The notes beneath the pieces were generated by a model. That model ran no database searches. It saw only the letters and a list, made by a program, of their open reading frames with translations, and had not been told where the DNA came from. Made by a program: the position numbers and the translations under genes. Shown piece by piece: positions 18,573 through 26,533 of a DNA stretch of 64,000 bases; the stretch's first letter is position 1, and each line of letters opens with the position of its first letter. The stretch is from positions 86,406 through 150,405 of the forward strand of contig JBJKQR010000062.1 of the NCBI GenBank assembly GCA_046735395.1, in the 5' to 3' direction. This DNA is from Fidelibacterota bacterium. Its GTDB lineage: Bacteria > Fidelibacterota > Fidelibacteria > Fidelibacterales > DSDE01.

Positions 18573-20240
18573 TTATTTCAGATAATTCATGGTGCGTGCC
18601 AGCTTCTGGGTCGGAGTTTCCATCCTGTAGATGTAGACACCGGAAGCAACGCGTTCGCCGGCAGCATTGGTTCCATTCCAGACAATGCTGTGTTCACCCG
18701 CGTCGGTGAGTGTGTTCATCAGCGTGGAGATCAGCTTGCCGTTCAGGTCAAATACGCGCAGTGTGACGTTTTCACGCGTGGGAATGGCAAAGCTGATGGT
18801 CGTAGTGGGGTTGAAGGGATTGGGGAAATTCTGTGAGAGTCTGTAGCCGGCCGCAACCGTATTATCCACGGAGCGGATAGCAGTCATGGGGTCCGTATTG
18901 GGTGAATCAAGGAAGATAATGGGGGCGGACATATTTCCGGCATTCCCATCAATCGTAACGGACACATTCCACATGGATGTATACGCCACTTCCTGACCCA
19001 TATCGTCATCGATATTGGCGATCTGGATCCGGTTCCAGCATCCACCATCGGTGGGGTAATCGTAGACTTTATAAGCCGAATCGATCACGGTCAGTTCCCA
19101 ACTGTTCGGATCAGTAATGGCTCCGCCCTGATATTCAAAGCGGAAGATCATGCCGTTCGGAGGGCCGCTGAGATAGGATCCGAATACGAAGTCGATCTTC
19201 CCATCCGCATCAATATCACCCTGGGCACCACCGAGCATACGGCCGCCGTTCAGCAGGTCAGGCGTATTGAGATTCACCAGCGGAGTACGTTTCAGCGTGT
19301 CACCGTCTTCCTGAAAAATATAGATCTGACGGGTAGCATCGCCATAGCGATATTCACCGGTAAACATTTCCTCAGTTCCATCTCCGTCCACGTCAGCAAC
19401 CTGGACGGCATCCCAGCTGATTCCGCCGGGCATGGGGGACAGGCTTGTTCTGGTATAGGCAGATCCGTCCCAGGAAATTTTGGCAATCTCTGTTTCATCA
19501 AAGAAGTAGGCATTTCCGCCCATGACAGCCACATCCCATTTGTTTTCACCGAGAACATCAGAATATTCCGTAGTCCAGGTTTCGCTTTCATCGCCGTTAT
19601 CCGGGATATTATCAACCGAGGCAACCAGAATTCTCGGGCCATCGGTTCTGCCGGCCATCAGAATTTCCTTTGTACCGTCATTATCGATATCCGCGAATTT
19701 CCAGGAAACAGGACGGATATTCGCATTGTCTGCATCGGTGATCGTCCAGTAGGCATTCGGCCAGGATTCACCGGAGATCTCAACACCCATGTCATCTCCT
19801 GTACCCTGTTCGTAAACAAGAATTCTTGCAGGATTTGCGTTGGTCTGGATGTTATTCGGGATTCCCCACCAGATTTCCATTTTACCATCACCGTCAACAT
19901 CCTCTACACTCAGCGGATTATAGGAATTCTGGGCTTCCACAATATCAGCAGGAGCAGTTTTTTCCCAGACCTTTACCCATCCATCCGCTGTTTTTTCGAA
20001 TTTGTACAGGCGCGGTACAATTTCACCTGGCGTATCATTCCAGTTGTGATTGACCATGTACAGATCCATCAGACCATCTCCGTCGCAGTCCACATTGGTG
20101 ACAAAATTACCGATACCCCCATTGTTCGGGCCCGAGGAAGCCCAACCAGGGATAAATAGGGTATCCATCACCGAAAACGTCCCCGCATTCAGGACAGAAA
20201 CCGCCATAATCGCTGCAAGCACAAATAACACTTTTTTCAT
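18573..20240 (-). CDS. Secreted FG-GAP/VCBS-type beta-propeller protein with a T9SS-type C-terminal sorting domain
   Basis: It has a signal peptide. At least six DxDxDG Ca-loop repeats are present (DCDGDG, DVDGDG, DIDNDG, DVDGDG, DIDADG, ...). The C-terminus reads NFPNPFNPTTTISF...VFDLNGK...SGVYIYRM. Confidence 0.75.
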   Translation of the reverse strand: MKKVLFVLAAIMAVSVLNAGTFSVMDTLFIPGWASSGPNNGGIGNFVTNVDCDGDGLMDLYMVNHNWNDTPGEIVPRLYKFEKTADGWVKVWEKTAPADIVEAQNSYNPLSVEDVDGDGKMEIWWGIPNNIQTNANPARILVYEQGTGDDMGVEISGESWPNAYWTITDADNANIRPVSWKFADIDNDGTKEILMAGRTDGPRILVASVDNIPDNGDESETWTTEYSDVLGENKWDVAVMGGNAYFFDETEIAKISWDGSAYTRTSLSPMPGGISWDAVQVADVDGDGTEEMFTGEYRYGDATRQIYIFQEDGDTLKRTPLVNLNTPDLLNGGRMLGGAQGDIDADGKIDFVFGSYLSGPPNGMIFRFEYQGGAITDPNSWELTVIDSAYKVYDYPTDGGCWNRIQIANIDDDMGQEVAYTSMWNVSVTIDGNAGNMSAPIIFLDSPNTDPMTAIRSVDNTVAAGYRLSQNFPNPFNPTTTISFAIPTRENVTLRVFDLNGKLISTLMNTLTDAGEHSIVWNGTNAAGERVASGVYIYRMETPTQKLARTMNYLK

Positions 20241-20279
20241 GCTCTTTCCTTTCCTTTTATGATTTCCTTACCCTGTATC

Positions 20280-21242
20280 TTAGAAATTAAAACACAGGCT
20301 GAATCTATGTCGTCCACCGAAGTAGTCCATAGTATTAAAGGCATAATCGATGGAAAATTTCGATAATGAAACACCACCCCCGAAGGTCAGCCCGTAAATA
20401 TCCGTTCCGAACTGGAATCCGCTTCGAAGGAAGAAATTTTTCATATAATTCAGTTCAACACCGGCTCCATACAGTTCATTGGCATTATTGGAATGAATCA
20501 TATCCAGGGCGGCAGTAACTGTCATATCCTTTGTATCATAGACGTCCATACTGATTCCTGTTCTGAAAGTCATGGGCAGAGGCCAGCTTTCGAAAGCGGA
20601 GGAATCGTTCGTGGCATATTTCACCGCATCGGAATAATTCAGAAACTTCCCGCTGAATGTCGCTTCCTTTGAAAAGTGAAGAATGCTCATGGCAATCCGG
20701 ATATTTTTATACCCGGTCCGATACATGGTTCCCATATCGTAGGCGATCTGTGAATAGCCGCTCCCGTCGAAGCTTTCGCTCACATTTTTTATGGTGGCGC
20801 CGATGGAGAATTTGTTCGTCAGATAGCGGGAATAGCTCAGGCCGATGCTGTAGGATGACATGGAGAAGTAATCATCGCCAAAGGGCAGATCCGGTGTGGT
20901 CCGCAGTTCGTCTCCATAATTCACATATACGGCGCTGATGGATACGGCAGACGCCGCATTCAATTTATAGGCAGCCCCGAGTGAACCGAGAGAGATGTCG
21001 GCAGGCCATTTCAGATAACTGACATAAGTATCGAATCTGCTGTTATCCTTAAAATCCACGAGCCCTGCCGGATTGATCAGCACGGCACCGGCACCGCCGA
21101 CCAGAGATGTGGCCGCATTGCCCATTGCCATATTCCGGGTCTGCATATTAATATCCAGGAACTGTCCCGTTGCGGTTCCGACCGGAGAAGAAGCGGACAG
21201 AACTGCAAATGACAGAAATATGATTGTAAGTATTTTTTTCAT
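20280..21242 (-). CDS. PorV/PorQ-family outer-membrane beta-barrel protein
   Basis: The ATG at 21242 lies 9 nt after GAGGTG. It has a signal peptide. The N-terminal TGQFLDINMQTRNMAMGNAATS...INPAGL matches the PorV-family motif. The sequence shows a beta-strand alternation pattern and ends with a terminal ...CFNF. Confidence 0.6.
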   Translation of the reverse strand: MKKILTIIFLSFAVLSASSPVGTATGQFLDINMQTRNMAMGNAATSLVGGAGAVLINPAGLVDFKDNSRFDTYVSYLKWPADISLGSLGAAYKLNAASAVSISAVYVNYGDELRTTPDLPFGDDYFSMSSYSIGLSYSRYLTNKFSIGATIKNVSESFDGSGYSQIAYDMGTMYRTGYKNIRIAMSILHFSKEATFSGKFLNYSDAVKYATNDSSAFESWPLPMTFRTGISMDVYDTKDMTVTAALDMIHSNNANELYGAGVELNYMKNFFLRSGFQFGTDIYGLTFGGGVSLSKFSIDYAFNTMDYFGGRHRFSLCFNF

Positions 21243-21256
21243 TTTATCATCCACCT

Positions 21257-23317
21257 CTACTTTAAGATCACGAATTTACCGACTTTCTCTCCCATCTCAG
21301 ATGTAACGTGGTAGAGATAGATACCGGGTGCAACCTCCCGGTTATTTCTGCTGATCAGATCCCACTCCGCTGTGGCGGCATTCGTCTGAGCAGCATTTTC
21401 AATGGCCCGTACATCACTGGGACGGATGGTCTGAACCAGATCACCATCCAGAGTGAAGATCCGGACGATGGCATCTTCGGGCAGATTAATAAAGAAGAGC
21501 CGGTCCTTCCAGGGACTGGAGGGCGCCGGTGTCCGGTTATTCCAGCGTACGGATCCTCGGAAGGGATTGGGAACGACCCGGATTTCATCCATGGTGTTCA
21601 CGACCGCTTTTCCCGTCGCCGTGATAAAATCCGAGCTGACAACTTCCACATCGTAGTATTTGTCGGAATGGCCCTTGACGAACAGATTGAAGGTATAATC
21701 ATATCCGAATTGAATTTCCGCATCATAATATCCCAGCAGGCCATTGGTGGACGCGTCAAGCAATGCCTGAGCCTGCGTCCCGTCCAGGACCATCAGTGTA
21801 TCGTAAATCGGGAATCCTGCCGCAGTCCGTTCCTTGAATTTGGCCAGCACAAATTCCTGAAAATTCGGATGATTCAATGCGGGCGCCGGATCCCAGCTGA
21901 TATTCGCGCCCTTGAAGTTTCCTTCATCATCTTCAACCGCATCAATCGTGATCTCAGTCTTGGGAGGAATTTCATTCACGTCAATCTGGTAATCTTCATC
22001 TACAATGAATTTAGCCACATCCATATTTTCAAGCAGCTGCGTGAAGGAGTAGATACCGGCTCTCTGCGCATCGGCTGACACACCCACCGCAAACACAACT
22101 TCAATGCTGTCTCCGTAGGCCAGCGTTTCCACAGGACCGTAGGTCGTAATTGCCCTGTAATCACCTTCATTCACTTTTCCGTTTCCGAAAGGCGGGGACG
22201 GATTCTTTAATAGTTTATCAAATGCCTTATCCCCTGTCTTCCCGATGGCATTCGTCCACTGGGCGTCATCATCCGAAAAATCCATTCCGATTTTACTCGT
22301 TGTGTAGGACCGGGGTTTCATCAGGGGATTGGTTCTCAGCATCTTCATGGCCAGAATACCCGGCGTCTGGTAAATCCCGGTGGGATTGGGATTACCGAAA
22401 TCATCGTCAGGATGGGCATAGAGATAGGAACCGGAAACGGTGCCGCGGTTCAGCAAACTGGTATCCACTTCGCTGGGCACACCCGAATAATCACCATCAA
22501 ACATGATCGTCAGGGTGGAATCCCCGACCCAATTCTGAATGTAATCCCATACTGCCGGATCGCTGTTTATCTGATACTGCATGTAGGGGAACAGTTTCAA
22601 TTCGTCCCAGTCGGTCTTACCGGCAGTGGTTGTATGAGTCAGACACATGGCATGATCATCACGGTTGGAAAAATTGGATTCGGTGGGCCAGGTCAGCAAT
22701 TTGCTCACATCGCCATCCATGCGAAAGGTGAAGAATACATCCTTCAGATCGGATGTATCATCCACGATCCCGTCTCCGGTCGTGTCCACACCGACATTCT
22801 TCAGATAATAGCGATACAGGATAAAATCATCGGCAAAGGAAACACCGTAGGCATAGGTATGCTGCGTCACTTCCAGTCCGAGTGGGATGTGGGCGTCACT
22901 GACTTTAATCGCATCGGTAAATTTCGTCCAGCTATGCTCGGCCAGATCACCCAGGAAGGTTTCCTTATGCACTTCATCAAGGGGTGTGAATTCCTTATCC
23001 TCCGTCGTGCTGGTACCCCGGATTCCGTTCCGCGTGCCGGTCAGCCACAGGGAGCCACGGTACAGATAGGAGTTTCCTGATCCACCGGGCCAGTCTGCTG
23101 ACGGCGTCCGGCCTTCATAAGTATCGTCTCCGATCATGGAAAAATTTGTAATCCGCATCCACAGGGTACCGATCTTGTGCCAGTCCATATCAATGGGTAC
23201 GGCGGCAGATGCTTTTTTCAGGGTGCGGCCAGCGGATTCCATGATTACCGGATTTCCCGCGGCAATCATCAGAATCATAAACACCGGCAATATGTAAATA
23301 ATGTATTTCTTCTTCAT
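21257..23317 (-). CDS. Large secreted protein of unknown function with a T9SS/FlgD-Ig-like C-terminal domain
   Basis: The signal peptide has no lipobox Cys. I recognise no catalytic motif. The C-terminus reads VVPNPFRGSV...IFTLDGDLV...APGIYLYHVTS...FVILK. Confidence 0.55.
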   Translation of the reverse strand: MKKKYIIYILPVFMILMIAAGNPVIMESAGRTLKKASAAVPIDMDWHKIGTLWMRITNFSMIGDDTYEGRTPSADWPGGSGNSYLYRGSLWLTGTRNGIRGTSTTEDKEFTPLDEVHKETFLGDLAEHSWTKFTDAIKVSDAHIPLGLEVTQHTYAYGVSFADDFILYRYYLKNVGVDTTGDGIVDDTSDLKDVFFTFRMDGDVSKLLTWPTESNFSNRDDHAMCLTHTTTAGKTDWDELKLFPYMQYQINSDPAVWDYIQNWVGDSTLTIMFDGDYSGVPSEVDTSLLNRGTVSGSYLYAHPDDDFGNPNPTGIYQTPGILAMKMLRTNPLMKPRSYTTSKIGMDFSDDDAQWTNAIGKTGDKAFDKLLKNPSPPFGNGKVNEGDYRAITTYGPVETLAYGDSIEVVFAVGVSADAQRAGIYSFTQLLENMDVAKFIVDEDYQIDVNEIPPKTEITIDAVEDDEGNFKGANISWDPAPALNHPNFQEFVLAKFKERTAAGFPIYDTLMVLDGTQAQALLDASTNGLLGYYDAEIQFGYDYTFNLFVKGHSDKYYDVEVVSSDFITATGKAVVNTMDEIRVVPNPFRGSVRWNNRTPAPSSPWKDRLFFINLPEDAIVRIFTLDGDLVQTIRPSDVRAIENAAQTNAATAEWDLISRNNREVAPGIYLYHVTSEMGEKVGKFVILK

Positions 23318-23339
23318 TCGTATCTCCTGTATCCGCGAC

Positions 23340-26168
23340 TTAAAAGTTTATTGACAAACCCAGCTTGAACTGGCGTTTCGAAGGATACACCTGAGGTGTT
23401 CTGATCAGTTCATTTGTTTCCTCAACCTTGTAAATCACATCGGGGAATCCCGTAAGTCCATATTGTTCAACATTCTGGATATACGAGAATTTTCCATTTC
23501 CACCCAGATTAAACACGTCCAGATTCAAGGTGAGCGAAACAGATTTGAGATTGAATCTCCGGCTGATTCTCATATCGATATTATTGTAATCCGGCAGTCT
23601 CTGATCATTATACGCACCCTGTATCCCAAAGCTCGTATAGGGTTTTCCCGTGCCGTATTCACATTGAAAATTGGCGATCCAGTCTCGGGTCAGCGCTTCG
23701 AATCCGGGAATTCCCTTGTTTGAATACAGGCCGAAGTTTACATTGGCGGAGATCCGTCTGTCAAAACTCAGATAGTACATTTTCTTGTCATAGGGGAAGA
23801 GCTGATGTGATCCTGCTGACGAAGAGCGTCCTTTGGCGATGGAATAGGAAACATTCCCCTGCAGGCTCCAGAAACCGCTGCGCAGACGCTTCACTGCCAG
23901 TTCGGCCCCCTTGATATTGGCGTAATCGCCATTGACATATTTATGAACTTCCGTTCCGTCCGGGAAGACAAACAATTCATTATTCACCAGATTCGTCACA
24001 TCCTTGAAATATCCGGTAACGGACATCTTGAGATTTTTTGTAAAGAGGTGTTCAAATGAAATATCGTAAGCGACGGTTTTTTCCGGCTGCAGGGCAGGAT
24101 TACCCACCCAGTTCCCGGTCTTCGTCAGACTCTGGTACTGATAATTGGCAAACAGGTACATACCGTCCGGCCTCTGAAAATAATGGCCATAGGAAAAGAA
24201 GAGGATATCACGGTCAGAAATGGGGTGGGATATCCCGATGCGGGGTGAAAACTGCCATGAGGGCTTTGCTTCCTTCGCATCATTGAAAAGGGCAAAATCA
24301 TTGGCATCATGGCCGGCCAGAGGATTGTCCATATTTCCCGGATAAAGGACCGGCTTGCCCGTCCCATTGGGATTGAAGTAATCATAACGCAGTCCCACCA
24401 GTGCAACGAAATCATCCCGGAATTCCATCTTATCCTGGACATAGGCTCCGAAATCGTCGTCGTTCTTGTTCCAGATATCCTTCCGCAGGGAATTCAGTGC
24501 AAATCCCGCTTCATCGGACACGGAAGACCAATAGATATCCGTGACATCGGTCCCGTTCAGATTGTACTGAAATCCTGTCTTCAGCATGTGGTTCTGAGAA
24601 ACCTGTGAAGTGAGATCCCATTTCAGCAGGAAGGTGTTGACCTTCTGGTTTGTATAGGAATTATCATCACCGATCAGCCACCAGAAATCCTCATTCTCCA
24701 ATACCCGCTTTTCCGGCCGGGGCCCGGGTACTGACGGATCCCACTGCAGATATTCATCCGTGTTTCCGTCCCCGTCCCGGTCCTGATAATCTTTCATCCC
24801 GTTTTTATAGGAGGATTTAAAGAATTGAGTCCGCAATTCCATAAAAGTTCTCGCTGAGAAGGTGTAGGTCAGAATCCCGTACAGCGTGCTGCTTTCCTTG
24901 GTTCGGGTCGTAAGATGATTCAGCGGTGTATCCAGATAAATATCCCTATGATAATTCACAGCCACCGTATCCGAATCATTCAGTCCGATGGTATAGGGCT
25001 CAGCCAGGCTGTCAATCACACCACTCAGGTAATCGGAGGGATTGTCCACATAGTGATATCGCGTCAGTGTATCGTTCGTGGCGCTCAGATCCTGAACGAA
25101 TTCGTACAGATCTGTCTGAAAATCCGGCCCCGGGCCGAATTTGGCCGCCGGAAAATAAAAATTGTCCCAGTCCCGCTTTGAATAATTGGATCCCACTGCC
25201 AGTTTCATCTTATCCGAAATCTTCCAGGCAACTTTTCCCTGATAGTTCTGGGACGCTTCCTGCTGATGCAGATAATTTCCCTGTTTACGGTTGAAGATAT
25301 CACCTGAAACGGCAAAGGTCATGGAAGGCAGAATGGGCCCGCTCAGACTGAAACGATAATTATTATCCAGCCGCTGCTGGTATTTGGCGTCCAGCCACCA
25401 GTCATTCTTGGGCATGAGTGTTTCGGTCAGAGGACCAAAATCCGTTGTCGTCGCGTAGAGCGAACCGGAGAATTTCTGCGATCCTTCCTTCATGGCCAGA
25501 TTCAGCACACCGGACTGCACATTGCCGTATTCGGCGCTGAATCCGCCCAGAGAGACTTCCATCTCCTTAACGGCATCTTTCGGGACTCCCAGAGAAAAGC
25601 CTCCCAGATCCCCGACATAGGCAGCAGAAGGATCACGAACCGGAATACCGTCAATGACAACCAGCACTTCATCACTGCGGCCGCCACGAAAATTATTCCC
25701 CACCACACCGGCCTGATTCTGGGCGATGCCGATCACATTTTCAATCGGCTGTATTTCCATCTCCTCGGACGACACAATATGCTTGGACGAAAATTCATCC
25801 TGATTCAGAAGCGGCCGTTCGGCCACAACCACAATATCCTCTCCGGTCGACAGCACTTCCGGCTGCAGGATCAGATCCTGATAGGTCGTCAGGTCTATGG
25901 ACACAAAAATATTCTCCACCGTCACCGTCGTGAATCCGATATAGGTCACTTTCATGGTATAAAGTCCGGGCGGAATATTCAGAATGGCGTAATATCCGTC
26001 GGCGTTCGTGGATGCTCCGATCTCACTTCCTTCCAGATAAACGTTCACGCCGGCAAGCGGTGCTCCGTTATTATCGAGAATAGTCCCCACAATCTTCCCG
26101 CTTGTGCCGCCGAAAACGACTCCCGACGTCACCATAAGCAGCAGGCATAATGTGATCAATTTCTTCAT
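23340..26168 (-). CDS. TonB-dependent receptor with an N-terminal carboxypeptidase-regulatory-like domain
   Basis: It has a signal peptide. The CarboxypepD_reg pattern is present (GKIVGTILD..PLAGVNVYL..TNADGYY...PGLYTMKV). The plug domain carries RGGRSDEVLVVIDGIPV. A long barrel ends ...LSINF. Confidence 0.85.
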   Translation of the reverse strand: MKKLITLCLLLMVTSGVVFGGTSGKIVGTILDNNGAPLAGVNVYLEGSEIGASTNADGYYAILNIPPGLYTMKVTYIGFTTVTVENIFVSIDLTTYQDLILQPEVLSTGEDIVVVAERPLLNQDEFSSKHIVSSEEMEIQPIENVIGIAQNQAGVVGNNFRGGRSDEVLVVIDGIPVRDPSAAYVGDLGGFSLGVPKDAVKEMEVSLGGFSAEYGNVQSGVLNLAMKEGSQKFSGSLYATTTDFGPLTETLMPKNDWWLDAKYQQRLDNNYRFSLSGPILPSMTFAVSGDIFNRKQGNYLHQQEASQNYQGKVAWKISDKMKLAVGSNYSKRDWDNFYFPAAKFGPGPDFQTDLYEFVQDLSATNDTLTRYHYVDNPSDYLSGVIDSLAEPYTIGLNDSDTVAVNYHRDIYLDTPLNHLTTRTKESSTLYGILTYTFSARTFMELRTQFFKSSYKNGMKDYQDRDGDGNTDEYLQWDPSVPGPRPEKRVLENEDFWWLIGDDNSYTNQKVNTFLLKWDLTSQVSQNHMLKTGFQYNLNGTDVTDIYWSSVSDEAGFALNSLRKDIWNKNDDDFGAYVQDKMEFRDDFVALVGLRYDYFNPNGTGKPVLYPGNMDNPLAGHDANDFALFNDAKEAKPSWQFSPRIGISHPISDRDILFFSYGHYFQRPDGMYLFANYQYQSLTKTGNWVGNPALQPEKTVAYDISFEHLFTKNLKMSVTGYFKDVTNLVNNELFVFPDGTEVHKYVNGDYANIKGAELAVKRLRSGFWSLQGNVSYSIAKGRSSSAGSHQLFPYDKKMYYLSFDRRISANVNFGLYSNKGIPGFEALTRDWIANFQCEYGTGKPYTSFGIQGAYNDQRLPDYNNIDMRISRRFNLKSVSLTLNLDVFNLGGNGKFSYIQNVEQYGLTGFPDVIYKVEETNELIRTPQVYPSKRQFKLGLSINF

Positions 26169-26533
26169 AAATTTCTCTCCTGACCTGTCTTCTATGATTA
26201 TTTTACTATAACAATTCCGTATGCCGCAGCATGAAGTCAGTATAGTTAGTTCTCATATCTTACTAATACTAAATCTATTTATATGAAAATGCAAGTCTAA
26301 ATTCCTGTTTTTTTACTAAGAATCGTGGTTGGGGCAGAGAATGACGAGTTCTGGTTTTTTTCTTTATGGAAAAGGCTTCACAGGTCCCGGATGAAAGGTA
26401 GACACGGCCGTTATGAGCCGAAAAAACGGGGTCTGTCGCAACCCATTTTTTCCATGGCGGAAAGCGGGTGAAATTTCTACATTGTCTCACAGATGAATTC
26501 AGATTTAACCGTTCATCGAGAAAGGAAACCACA

